From contig FLMG01001331.1 of NCBI GenBank assembly GCA_900088475.1, forward strand, positions 1-42,492: a DNA stretch of 42,492 nucleotides, in the 5' to 3' direction. Source of the DNA: Hyphochytrium catenoides (taxonomy: Eukaryota; Protista; Hyphochytriomycota). A program made the position numbers and the translations under genes. Positions 1 to 12,680 of the stretch are shown one piece after another. The stretch's first letter is position 1, and each line of letters opens with the position of its first letter. A model generated the notes under the pieces. It was given only the letters and a program-made list of their open reading frames with translations, was not told where the DNA came from and did not search any database.

Positions 1-3000
1 ACATTTCTTGGTCTTCGTGCTCAGTCTTGGTCTGGTGGTCGCTCTCTTGGTCTTCGAGTTTCTCGGACGACATTGACGTCTCTAAAGACTCCATAGACGT
101 CTTATCAGCTTTGGGGTCACACTTTGAAGTCTCGTAGGCCACTCGCCCATAAGTTAAGGACTTCATTTCGCCATGCGTCTCCTTTGTGAGCTCTTGGTGC
201 TTGGTTTCTCCATTCTCCAAGGGTGGTCTTTGCTACATCAGGATAGACAACATAGACATAGGTGACCAGGAGGGTGTGAGCAATAGCTAATACCAACCAG
301 GAATCGCGAAGGGGGTTGCCCAGGACTAGGAGGAAGGAATTTTTTTGTGGAGATAATCGGACTACTGGCTCCGCTGCTCAAAGGGTCTGTCAGCGCTCAC
401 CTCCACAGAGTCTCTGACAATCAGTGGTGGATTAAGCAGGTTGCTCAGTCCCTTAACAGAATCCTCAGGAGGTTCTAGCGCGGTAACCCACAGGAAAGCT
501 GCGGCGCTCACAGCCTCGGACAGGACCGATGATCTGAGAGAGAGTGTTGGGATGGAAGCTGCAGATGACACCGAGAGTCAAATCCATTGCAAACGTCAGT
601 TCAGCAATAAGAACGAAGCGGCAAGTTTGGAAGAGGAAAGCCGTCCTGGGACACTTAAGCAAGGAAGGCGTTTAGATGCAGGAGAGTTGAAACGAGGGCT
701 TTCGGCTTTCCACATGAAAGAGAGGGGAGAGAGAGTGAGCCAAAGGAATTTCCTACTTGACGCCTGCAATCGCAGCCGAAACCTGGGTCCTGGTCTATAC
801 AACTTTTTACGAAGGTAACGGCGAGCGCGACTCAATAAATAACCTGGGAAATCACGGTCTACATCGCAACAAAAGTGGGAAATAGATTAAGGAGAGGCCA
901 TCGATCGGGAAGAGGTATCGGAGACAGAGCAGAGGCGGCTGGGACTACAACGAAAATAGTTATTTTTTTTCTTGACACTACTGTCAAACCCGCCAATCGA
1001 GAGACCTGGTGGGACACTGACCTGGCTTCTCTATCATCACTGATGAAAAGTTCCTTGCCTTTATGGCTTGCACTCTACTTTGTGCCAAGCTACGGCGAGA
1101 AGATTATGGTCAGTAACGGGACGGGTCAGAGATTTATTTGAAAGACAGGGGATGGCAATCACTCCAAGCACCTTATAAAGAATCTGAGGAGTAAAAAGAG
1201 AGGAACAGAGCTCAGGCAGGGGCAAGCATAACGAGCCATAGGACTATAAATAAGCCTTTGGGAATGAAAAACCCTGATAGCAGAGTAACGTGAGGCGTCA
1301 GGCTGGCCAGACGACTTACTTGACAATTCCCTCGTAGTCTGTCTTCTCATCAGTCCATCTTCTAAGCTTTTCTTCGTCTTCCCTTGTTCGTTCTTTCTCT
1401 AGCCAGTCTTCCCTCATTCTCACTCTTCTTCTCTGGATGCTACAGATCTTCTTATGTATGTCCCAAACCTCTTTGCTCTCGCCCAAGCCTGAGCGTAGGT
1501 GACAGGGCACAGCGGTGGTCACTCTGCAGACAGGACAGAAGTAGGTTGCTGATTCATCTTCTGTTAATTTCAACAGCTCGGCGGGGCCTGTGACCATCCA
1601 ATGAGACGGAGACTCTTTCAGACTGTGGATGCTTTGTGATGGATGAGCGAAGACAAATGACAAAAATGAAATACGTATAAGACAGCTGAAGAGATGGGGG
1701 TGGCCATGTCTCTGACTTAGACTTGACGACGCCTTACCCAGACCGTCACATTGCCCATGGACCCACAACTCGCATGAGTCACACTGCACCATAGACAGGT
1801 CATCCTCCTTCCATTGCTTCATACAGCCAGGACAGATGTCTTTCTTTTCTTGAAGTATCTACGAATCAAAAAGTGGCTCAGATACAGCCCAAAGTTGCGC
1901 TACGTCTGTCATGAATAGCCTACCTTGACTTTTTCTTCAAACTCCCTCTTTTTTCTCGCCTCGGCCTGGGCCTTTTGGTCTTTCCGAATGCAACGATAGC
2001 ATCGCCTTGGTTCCCGACTCCAGCTGTACGGTTCTTGCAACTCTCCACATTTGCAGTCAACGCACCTACCATTTTCAAGTTAGGTGCAGAGGAGTGACGA
2101 AACGTAAATGCTTTGGCTATCACAACTCTATCTCTTGCTGCTTGATGTCCCTTCTGAGAGCATCTGCGTTTGTCCACCCTGCACTCCCAGTCAACCTCAT
2201 ACACCCTGTACCGACCATAGGGGATTACCTGGCACAGAACCAAGATCCCTCAGGGACTTTCTTAAGTGGCGGTTGCATGCAGTCAAGATGAAAGGCCCGG
2301 TCACAACTGTCGCATACGATCAGTGTTCTCTCGTCATCCGGAGTGCAGTGCTAGTGATGGAGCAATAAATCGTTTCGTTAGACTTTGACGATGTCTTAAA
2401 AGAATAAAAAAGCGGAAAAGATAGGACCACGTCTTGGACTAGGGATCATACCGTGCAGGCTTCACAGAGCTTGCAATTTGTACACCGCCAGTATCTGATT
2501 ATGTCCTCCGTGGCTGCTAGTGGGGGAACAAGACAGAACCGGTGAAAGCCTTCGCCGCAATCAACGCAGAATATCATATGGTCTGGAAGGCCATTTGAAC
2601 CGCAGCAGCTGCAGATGTCAAGCCAGGAATAGAGCCGAGCTTGTGCTATGGGGATGCACGCAGCGGGGTACAGGGGGGGATAGAAGAGCAAGATAAGCGG
2701 CTTAGTGGATGTTTCAGTAAGCACTTTTCGTAGCCCTTGTCTTACCTCTCGTGACAGAAACAACTGCAAGGGGAATGCAGGATAGAGGCTTCAAGGGTTC
2801 AGCTTTCGTCACGGGCACCTCTACAAGGGCATCTGAAGAGCCACCTCCCGCGGTACCAGCACCTCTTTTGGCGAACTGCTTGGCTAGAAGGTCATCCAGC
2901 TGTGCGCTGTACCGGCCAGGCTTTGTCATGGGTAGGTACTAAGTTGGCAGGAAGGGCATAGCATTACTTAACTCTCCAAATAAGGGGCTCATCCACCACC

Positions 3001-6000
3001 TTTAAGAGATTGTGAGGCCAGAGTGAGTCATAAATTCACGGGAAAAGTAGAGAAATTCGAAGCATCGTCAAAAGCTATGATGCCGGATGTTGCTGGATAA
3101 AAACAGCCCCTACGTCCATGCCATCCTAGAAGCGGTAAACCCCAAGAAGGACAAACCTTTTCAATAATGGCAATAGCTGCTTTATAAAATCGCCAACATT
3201 CCCGCCAGATCTTGCCTGGAGGCTGATTGAACGTGACCGCATTGAAGCACAAGAGCTCTAAATCATCTCGTAGGTCTGAACATCATATAGCGTAAGTGAG
3301 GAACACATCCATCGGCTTGCTCTCGCATTCGCTCTTTCTGTCAAAGATCTCTCTCTAATAGCACTCTTTTCCACCACCGTACCTTGTGGGGTCTTGTACT
3401 CGCCGCTGAAAGCTCTGCCCCTCATTGTCTGCAGATCCATTGGCTCCTTGATTATAGAGAAGTAGGTTGGAGCAATGTCGAGGGTCACTGGCTCCAGGAA
3501 AAGGAAGGTCCGATCTTCCGCGCAGAGGTGGTCCAAGGTTTGGACCATCACCTTCAATCTGAATCGTGGCAGCAAACAAAGAAATGGCAGAGAGGAGAGG
3601 GATCGTGTGCCCAAGGCGATCAGATCGCATAGGGTTATTCAAGAGGTAGGAGGTACAATTCCGTTGGCATAAAGGCGTGGGAAACGCATGAACCCTATGA
3701 GCTTAGCCGCAAGTACTATCAACGGTAGAGACACCTTCAGCAAGGACTGAGCTTTTGCTCTCAGAGAGAAGGAAACGATATCTACCTGCAAGCGGGACAA
3801 AGGTAGGACTCAGCCCACACTGGGTGCTCTCCTCTGGCAATGCTATGATACTCTTCCTCAGTCATTCCCTCGCAAGCAGCATGTACCCAGAGGTCGCAGC
3901 CATCACAACCCATCATCTGTGAGCAGTCAGATGCTGCCCAAGATCGTAGACAAATAGGACAGAATTCTCGGCCCTCAAAGGCTTTTACACACTTGGAACA
4001 TACAGTCACGCGTTCAGACGAAACCTGTGAGAGAGGTCACCCATTAGCGAAGAGCTAGGACAGAGGATGTTGGCGGATGTGGGATGAGACTACGCTCCGA
4101 ATGCCACCTAACAGCGGTACAAGTAAAGCCGCATGGTTGCGATACACCCATACCTCAACCTGATGCCATTTCGAGTCTTTTCCTTGCTCCGAGGTTTTCT
4201 GAAGACCACAGCCTCTGTAGTTGATATAAAAGGAAGGGAAGTGAGGAGTGGCGACGTAGTCCGGGAGATAGTCCATTGTGGTATCCAAGTAGTGAGAGTA
4301 AAGGGAAGGTACGAAAGAAGACCTCAGCCACTAAACCATAGACTATTGTGCAGGGCTGACAGAGTCTCATCTAACGGGAATGGAAGATAGCATCAAAGAA
4401 GGGGTGTGACGAAGAATAAATTGCAGGCGTTGCCCGCGGCAAGGCAGGGCATCCTGGGGGAGTTAGAACGCGGAACAAATGGGTACCTGCATGTGACACA
4501 CTCTCCGCAAATAAATACGAATCCGACGCCGTTCTTTTCCCCTAAAGACTTCTCCTTCTCTTGCATTCCAGAGAGCAGGTGCTTCATTGCAGGATCGAGG
4601 CAGTATTTGTGAAGAGATATGGAGCAGACTGCACACGAGAGTAGGTCGTCTCCATTGGAGAGTTCACAAGCAGTACATCGCCCTTTCCCTGGCAATAAAA
4701 AATATAAAAAAATGGTAGCATCAGTACAAAGACGACGTTCTTTATCGGCAGTGCCAAAGATGACCAGGGGAAATAAAAGACCACCGCAACTCTCAAAGAA
4801 CATTATGTAAAGCAGAGAACTTCAATCCGGCTCATGTCGTCACCTGATATCTGTCCTTCCTCCTTTGGCACCTCATCGTGCCATCCTCTGGTGCTCGAGA
4901 GTATCCCTTTCTTCACTCCAAGTTTGAACTCCATCCCGCTTTCCTCTTCGTCCTCCCCTAACAATTGCAATGCTCCAGCAGGCGCACAGAGCGAGAGCCA
5001 CTGAGGCCGGATAGTTAGGTCATGGAAAGCGACGAGATGCTTCTTGGAGGTCTCGCTGTACTGCTTCACTGTCCCATAGCAGTAGCTTCCTTGTGGGTAG
5101 TTTACTTCGGGCAGGAACACCGAAACACGTTTCTGGAGCGCACCAGCAGAAGAATAAGGAAATGAGGACAAACCATCACGAGAGAATCGAAGGCGTGGAG
5201 ACGGTCAGTGATTTTGGCCTTTCAAGAGAAAAGGACCATCGGGAATGAGAAGGTATATAGCTCAAGCCTCTACAGCGAGTTCGAGGCCTGAAAGGTCTAT
5301 CTGAGACGCCAAGAGACACTCCTCAGAGCATCACTTCCAAAGGAAAGGTTGAAGATGATATAATAGTGTAGGAGACGGTAAAAAAACACGTGAAGCGCGC
5401 CGGTACTAACCTCTAACCAGTCTTTCCCTTGGAGAGTGCTCTGTAGGGCTTTCAACCGGTTCTTTGCTTCTGCTTGAATCACTCGCCGTTCATCTGCTAG
5501 CTCCTTTTGTGCCTGCTCCACCGCTAAGTGGAACGCTTTCTTCTTGATTTTTGCGGCTAGCTTTTGAATATTCTCAAGCGTGAAGGGAATAAAGGTTCGG
5601 GTGTGGTACCAACCCTCCTCATCAGTCTCAAAGAAGACACAATATTCTTCGCCTAGGATAAGAGGTAGAAGCACTTAGATGATTGAGATATCGCGCAGTT
5701 CTCGAGACGGCTTCAAACCGCACATTCCCTAACGTAGCAGGGAAGTCTCTACAATATGAAGATCTAGGCTGACCGAGAATCTACGTTCAGCAGGATCAGA
5801 AAAGCTTCAGGTAACCGAGGCACCAAAAGGGACAATGAATTATTTGAGAAGAGCAATCTCTGAAAATATAGAAGATGGTAAGGCCCTTACCTCTCTGCAG
5901 CTTGTCTGAGTGTTCCTCTTGGAGCTTTGGAGACCTAACACATCGCAGTGCAGGCCATGCAGGATGACCGCGAACCTAAGGTGTGAGAGTTAACGCCTAG

Positions 6001-7606
6001 TGAGCAACAAAGAATAGGCTAAACTTTTACTTGCTGAGTGGGTCTTAGGCTACCCTGATCTGCGACGGACTTCATCATAGTCACGGTAAGAACAGGAAGG
6101 GACCAAGGAAGAGAAGAGAGCGGAGAACAGCGTAACCTCGGTCACGGTAAAAGTACACTTGCCTGCACAAAGATGACCTCCTTGCACAGAATGTATTCAA
6201 ACTCCTTCTGAAGGTGGATCCATCGCACTTCGTCGTCCCCAAACAGGGAAACAAGGTGACGTCCATCTGAAACGTTATACTTGATGATGCGACCTGTCAA
6301 CCAGGCCTTTCCCTCTCCGTCGCTCTCACCATCGTCCTCTTCGTTGGAATCTTCACCTTTTGGAAATAAAAGTATTTTCTTGCCTACCATCCCTAAGTTT
6401 TCTTTTGTCTCTTCCGCAGCCTGGCCTTTACTTCGAACATGTGAGGACGAGTTTGTACCGCCTTTCGCAGTTTTCTTGCTGGACTTCTTCATTGACATTT
6501 GCTTCACTTTGCACTCAGCACAAAACCAGTCTCCTTGAGGCACCTAGAAGCGGCAGAGGAGCAACAGGGTACGGAATCTTAAACGAAAGAAGGATATGGA
6601 CAACTACGGGCCAACAGACATGGCTCACACCCATCTCATAAGGACCAATAATAGCGTTGGATAGCAAGAAGGGATGCCGCACCAGCTTGTTCTGATCACG
6701 CACTTTTCTCACCTTTCTCAGAGGAGGTCTCAAACAAGCCATGTGGAACTCCCCGTTGCAGTCATCACAGATGATGACCGCGGAATCGGGCATAGGTTCC
6801 GCACAAAGCGGACAAGAAGGATCCTCTTCAGTTTCCCTTGATTCCCTGGGAGTCTCCACCTCTACTTCTGTCGGACTCTTGACCTCCTTCTTGAGCTGCT
6901 TCTGAACATCCAGTTCTAATGCGTCCCCGCCTTTGCTTTTGCGACTAGTAGTCCGGGCCGGAGTGACTTTCTGTTTCTTAGCTCCAGGCTCGGTTGGAGG
7001 CTTTGATATCTCACTCCTCCTTTTGGATCTTGATGATGGGAGCGTCGAGGGAGACAGTGCATCGGCGACATCTTCTCTCTTGTCTTCCGCTGAGTATACC
7101 TGATTTGCTCCCGGAGACAGAGGGGCGACTGTGGCAGACCTCCGGCGCCTCTTCGGGAGATTCTCCTCCTTCAGGTTGTTGCTTTTGAGATCCCCGGTTT
7201 CTTGCGGGGAGTCTATTCCCTCTCTGCCTCTTCCATCTCCAACCGTGGTCTTGCGCCCCTTCGCCTCGTTCTCCTTCTTAACCTCGACGTCCGAAGAAAT
7301 GTGCTGTGCTTTTTGGGGCGAGCTTATGGTCGACCGCCGAGAGGGATACCTAGGACTGCAATGGAAGGCTTAGAGACCATAGAGGTGCGCTCTGAGGGGT
7401 TAGGGAACTTCGTGATAAGATAGATCGACTTGCAAATATGCTAAATGGCACTGGGGCACTGGGGCCTGAGCTAGAAGCGACAGTGCCGATGACAGCAAGA
7501 TACCTTACCTCTGTCGGAATGTCAAGACGGCAAGCTCTCTATCTGCTTCAAGTGCCGCAGCAGCTGCGGCATCGGCAATAGGTTTCTTTGTTCCTGTCGT
7601 GGGCAT
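1..7606 (-). CDS. Multi-exon chromatin reader/regulator, trithorax/KMT2C-D (MLL3/4)-like; 3' end runs off the left edge (any SET domain would lie outside the window)
   Basis: Manually spliced across about 18 or more introns from ATG at 7606 ([12 protein letters not shown]...). Domain order: PHD ([25 protein letters not shown]|[11 protein letters not shown]); Tudor-like ([21 protein letters not shown]); PWWP (VIFVQ|[21 protein letters not shown]); second Tudor-like ([19 protein letters not shown]); PHD pair (..[29 protein letters not shown]); bromodomain ([36 protein letters not shown]); triple PHD cassette ([18 protein letters not shown]; [27 protein letters not shown]; [28 protein letters not shown]). 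The exon at about 1-232 is open to the edge. Exon structure at 360-845 is uncertain. Confidence 0.85.
5976..6162 (-). other. Probable GC-AG intron within the PWWP-domain coding sequence
   Basis: Donor CAG|GCAAGT and acceptor CTTAG|GTT join VIFVQ to VRGHPAWPA in phase 0, restoring the PWWP motif. The nearest in-frame GT (AGT|GTACTT) is a weaker donor. Confidence 0.65.
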
Positions 7607-8413
7607 GGCTCGAGTAGAAAGAGCTGCTGGATTAGCGTTAAGGTCCTAATTCTGCAGGTGCCGTCGCAGCGTCTCGGCGGGCGACAGATAAATCTAGCCA
7701 GACACGCGGAGATAGGCCTCTCCCTTCCACGGCGAGTTAGACAGACGTCCAGCTAAGCCTCTGTCCACCTCCGCCTGTCGTCTAATGGCGACCGGTAGCT
7801 AATTAGCATATCGAGGCGCCGGAAGAGAGAGGTGATAACGACCTGATCCTGCCACCGAGCTCGGCACCAGCAGACTGCCCCTAAAGACTTGACAAAGCCT
7901 TGCCCAACAGGCAGATACGCGGTCAGCCCTGGCCCTAGTGCCTCACCTCTGTGTGCCGTGCCTCTGTTCACTGTCCAGTTCGTCGCTTGGTGTTGATGCG
8001 TATCGAACTCACTCTTTCACCTTTCAATCCAAAGCTCTCCCCGTCTTCCTTCCTCTCGGTTCGACAGTTCAAACCAGAGTTTCGCGCGAAGAATGTGTGA
8101 AGCAGTGCGCAAAGATAATGCTTTATAAGGTATCAGAGAGGTGTATACGTACATTGTGCGCGGCCTCTAAATATTCAAATTAAGAAACTTTCCATTGGTC
8201 TTATAGGAAGCTCTGCTACGAAAACATAGAAAAGTACTGAGGTAAGCTTCAGGTTTGTGGCCCTAACCTTTCAATGATACGATAACTAAAGCTTGATTAA
8301 TCTGTCCGGTTCTTCTACTCATGCGTTTAGCTTCCCCTCCCTCTGTCCTTTTACTTGATCATCTATGCGCTCGACATCTGCCTCGGTTGAGGTTTGGCAC
8401 GATGAGTGTGGCA

Positions 8414-8646
8414 TGAGTGTAGCTCAGGAAAGTAGGTCCCGGTTCATTGAGCCTCGGTGAGAACGATGCTGCGTCCCCATCAACGGCGGAGTGCGCCTCA
8501 AGTGCCAGTCACCGAAGATGTCTTAGAACTGAGTTTAGCTTAGGCAAGTAGGTCCCGGTCCATCGAGCCTCGGTGAGAACGATGCTGCGTCCCCGTTAAC
8601 GGAGGAGTGAGCCGCAAGTGCCAGACACCGAAGATGTCTCTAGAAC
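8414..8646. repeat. Two-copy head-to-tail tandem repeat, ~116-bp unit
   Basis: 8414-8529 aligns with 8530-8646 (TGAGT..AAGTAGGTCCCGG..GAGCCTCGGTGAGAACGATGCTGCGTCCCC..CACCGAAGATGTCT..TAGAAC) with 11 substitutions and 1 indel by manual alignment. Confidence 0.95.
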
Positions 8647-9273
8647 AGCCAGTGAGCTTTCTCTGGGAGGGATGCTTAAGAACTCCATGCGGTAATGCCA
8701 CACGGACTCTTCTCACCAGTGATACACTTGCGATAGCAGCACTAAGCATTAGCCCGTCTACTTTTCCACAGCAGCTGATATGATGTTCCTCTTTTTCAAA
8801 CTAGTAAGAGGACTGATCGTTTCCAGTCACGATGTTAATCTTTATGGGCATCATACAGAGACTGCGAGCCTACCTCGCCGGTGTCCTTTATCTCAGCTTC
8901 GAGAATGCCTCTGCATTCGGACATCAGAATGTCCACAAAACATCGAAAGGAAGAATCATTGGCAAAACTTCATAAAAACAGCTCGTTCTGTGACAAGAAA
9001 CACTTAGCCAGCCCCCGTGGTACCGCAAGAGAGAGTCGGCACCAGACTCCTCCTAGTAGGGTGGAACAGATCACGCACAATAGAGCGCCAGAAATGCACT
9101 ATCATTTCCCGCAAACCGGGCTCTGTGACGAATTTACGTCATGGAAATTCATTGCTCTTGCATTTTACAGCACGAGAAATGCAATGTCTTTCATGTCAAG
9201 ACTAGACAGAGCTCTTCGAGCCAGGTGGACTGCACCTTGAATGCATAAATAGACTCCATGCTAAGTCGCCCCG

Positions 9274-11198
9274 CTAGAGGTCCTCTCTTTCTGCCTTTCC
9301 TGTCTGCTCCCTCTTAAACTGATCTTTGATCTTGTTGAAGTATCGGTGTACTTTTCCATCCAAAAAGTTTTTGAACTCTCGCCGTTCGTCACAAGTGAAC
9401 CACATGCTCATTACATATCGGACGCCGCTTTCCACTTGGCGTACCTGTGACACAGAGAAGAAAGAAAGACGTAGAGCTTATAATCACTAGCCCTCACAGC
9501 CGCCGCGTTTGACAGACCCCTAATACAGCTAGAGAGCGAAAATCAACAACGAAAGAGGGTTACCTGGTGAAGATTCTCTCTTCCCGAAGAGAAGACCAGC
9601 AGTCGGCCTGTAACAGTGAGCAGAGGATATTTAGAACCACTGACTACTAGGCAGGAAACTTCAAAATTAGGGTGAAAAGAGCTGAATATTGATGTGAAAG
9701 AAGCCGAAGAGCAAAACAAATTAACGGATCTTGGGGGAGCGCATACCTTTGGCTGGCTCTACAGTGGTGTTCTTTTGTCCTTCATCCAGGAAGGCGAAGA
9801 GTCCACCGGTAAAATCCTTCCCTCGAGTTGATAGGTAAACAAGGCCAGAGTAGTCGTAGTGCGGAGTATTGTTTTTATCCACATGCGGATGCCTTCTCAA
9901 TATACGTAACGAGGGTGTACAGGAAGGATATAGTGGACGTTAAACTTGAACTACGAGGAAGTGGGTTCAGGAGGCGGCATCGAAGACTGACCAGTATTCG
10001 TCGTGCAGATCTTTAGGGCTCCAGTCTTTGTTACCGACTATCCGAGTGATAAAGGTAGGCGCTGTGAAGAAGAGTGAGGAGAGCGAGAACTCTTCCATCA
10101 CCTTTAGCCGGATCTTTTCAATCACACTAGAGAAATGAGGTCAGCGCTAGATTAACAAAAAAGGGGTGCCCCTTACTGATCAATGGAGAACATGTATCTA
10201 CAGATCCTTAAGGGGTGGTCTCACTAAGCCTCCGTCAAAGAACATCCTTTATACCAGAATTCGTATCGGTTCCTCATATGAAACCAACCGCGTCGGCTCG
10301 GTCTCTGATCAATCATGACTTTTTACACTTGGCACTATCTCTTTCCATCACCCAGTGTCAGTTCTAACCTGCGATAAACCTTGTAGTCCGCTTCCGAAAA
10401 CACCTTCTTGAGTGCCCTCTTCTTCGTGGGGTGCTGATAGATGTTAATCAGGCCATCTCCGTCCTTAACATATCCTGTCCCAAGAAGAGTATGTCAGCAT
10501 CAGTAACCTTCCTCATGCCGGACATCTGCGTAGCCTATGATCCGTCAGATAGCGGTTCTCCTTACAATCATCCCACACACTCGGAAGATTACAATGTCCA
10601 CCCTCATTTCTATCGTATACCCAATCAATCGTAGATCATGAACAAGGAGATTGATGATGATGATGCCTATTCGAAGCACCTTTCACCCACGCTATGTTGT
10701 CTTGCCTGAATTAGCATCCATAATGGTAGGTCCTCCACTTCGGTCTCGTCCGGCCATTCCCTTCTCTGCGATCTCCAGCAAATGTTCAACTGTCTCTGGT
10801 GATAAGAAATCATCCATGACTACCCGCGCGCAGACGGACTCAGGGTGGCAGCCGGGCACCCGAGGCTCATACTGGAAAGCAGCCGGGAAGCCACATGCAA
10901 GGTGCAAAGCAGGGAGTCCACGGTCGTTTCAAATGTTAACAAAGGCAACAAACAGCGTACACTCGTCTTATAGTACCTGATCCGAGCATGGCAGTTCCCA
11001 TCGTCTTCTTTCTACCTTGTCACCCGCTCGTAACACGTCTCCACCTTCAAAAAGTTCACCTCCGACGTTGACATCTGACGCCTCAATGTCATCCAACGCC
11101 GAGGTCGCCGGAACCGCTGGTGATAAGACTAGGAGGAGCAAGAGGAGGACTAGGAGATCTACAGCTCTCCCAGCTCCATGCCGTACTCCAAATTCCAT
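9274..11198 (-). CDS. OGFOD3: 2OG-Fe(II) oxygenase, OGFOD3-like (prolyl-hydroxylase superfamily), 7 exons, signal peptide and C-terminal REDL
   Basis: Exons approximately 11198-10977, 10871-10706, 10474-10369, 10126-9992, 9892-9747, 9607-9564, 9444-9274. Spliced protein: ..[118 protein letters not shown]. The HxD...H iron ligands and the 2OG-binding Arg are present, and the motifs match OGFOD3 as I recall it. Confidence 0.88.
10475..10705 (-). other. GC-AG intron (intron 2 of the OGFOD3-like gene)
   Basis: Donor TCAG|GCAAGA; branch-like GCTGAC; acceptor GGACAG|GA. The junction gives DANSG-YVKDG. No GT occurs before the in-frame TAG downstream, and an upstream GT would delete the conserved GGPTIMD. 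Confidence 0.8.
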
Positions 11199-11449
11199 TG
11201 TTGGATTGCTGGCTAGTGAGAAGGTTTGCCTTTTCCCTCGCGATGATTCCTCGCCCTTCCCAGCCCAGATGCTCAGACATCGAGAAGGACAAAGATCTGC
11301 AGTTTTTTTGTTGTCTCCGAGGAGGAGTTTCTGGAAGAGCTTGATCAGAACCTGTCAGAACCTGTCAAAGATCAAGGATATCCGAAGGTGATTTCCCCCA
11401 GGAGCTATGAGCTGAGTTGCTGAATGAAAGGATGGACTAACAGGTACAA

Positions 11450-12680
11450 TAGCTCTACGCCTTATGATGTAGTCAGAGAGCTCTCTTCTCTGCAAAATTC
11501 TATAGGAAAAGCTGCTGAGAGACGCCAGCGCAAGTTTGCTCAAAGAATAGAGACCTACAGTGTACAACTTCCACTGATTGATCATTTGCAGGCAGGCAAA
11601 AGCGGGGTTCTGCATCTTGTTGTCTCTTCAGCCCTAGTAGAGCCAGTCGTCAAGCATCGGCTTATAGTTCTTGTTCCGCCATCTTCTGCTGCTGCTGGGC
11701 TGTGTCATGCAGCAGCCTTAAGTAAGGCAGAGCAGCATGGAGTCCTGGACTCTCAGCATACCATTTCTGCAGCATTGACTAGAAAGGTCTGGAGATACCA
11801 AATCTTCCCTATCCAACACGCCGTCAGAAGGGGGCCGTCAGAAGGGCGAGAAAAGCGCTGAAGGATAGAATCTATCTAAGTCAAGCGTCGCCTGGCCCGA
11901 CGCATCACCCTCTACGCTTGCCCCATCTTTCTGCAGTATCCGTCATGGACACAGAATCGTCGTCCCATACGTCAATCGAAAAGGCAGTCGCATAGTCACT
12001 TCTGGCTCATGACGGTTCGTGGGAAGCATGTGACCGCAGAGTTTGAAAACGAAAGCGTAACAGCAAGATGGTCAGAATCATCGATCTTCCGGTACCAGTC
12101 TACGCAGCATGTAAGTACCTCCAGCGCAAGGGAGCTACTTGTTTGGAGCGCATTGGCCATCCTTCTAGTGCCTTCTTCTTGTCAATCAACCTCAACTTGG
12201 TTTGCGCGAGTTCGGTAAATAGCTCCCTTGCCCTGAAGCTCCCACCTACGTGCTGAGCACACTGATAACGGAAGATCCCCACCATGTTGTCCTTTCGCAT
12301 CCGCTTTCGTAGGCCTTGAAAAGCCTCCTCTGCTTGACCACCTTGTTCGGGTCCCCTCAGTTTCTATGAAGACTCTCTATTCATCTACTGGATATCCCTT
12401 TTGGCGAAGCATCACGGCTGGCATAGTTTATTGTGCAAGCACGCTGGCCTTCTATGGGATGCGCGGTGGCACTCTGAAATGAGGTCGAACTATGCAGATC
12501 TTTCGCTCCTCCAAATGCCCATGTTCTTTACCAGCGCTTTAGCACTAGCGATGGAGCTCCGCGAGCGCTCAGCTGTCCGAAAGTAGACGGGGAGGAATTC
12601 AGAGTTCTGCTCACTACTGCCCACAATGACATTTGGCGAGAGACGGTTCATATCTAGGATTAGGGGCACCACTAGGGAGA
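11450..12680 (-). mobile_element. Degenerate hAT-superfamily transposase relic
   Basis: Broken frames carry hAT-like motifs in the expected order and roughly the expected spacing: VPLILD..NVIV..PVYFRT (~12655, first Asp); TINYAS (~12430, TDNA-like); RYQCAQHV (~12258, CxxH); APLRWRYL (~12122, RW); QWKLYTVGLYSLSKLALASLS..RELS (~11570-11480, C-terminal dimerisation-like). Many stops and frameshifts; no TIRs found. Confidence 0.5.

Noticed and set aside
8414-8646. tRNA/SINE (TAGCTCAG and GGTTCA boxes) or CRISPR interpretation of the 116-bp repeat
   Set aside because: The A- and B-like boxes are only about 20 nt apart, both are altered in copy 2, and no cloverleaf forms. There are only two long units with no unique spacers.
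11424-11861. 145-aa plus-strand ORF as a gene
   Set aside because: No recognisable domain, and it is antisense to the hAT-like relic.
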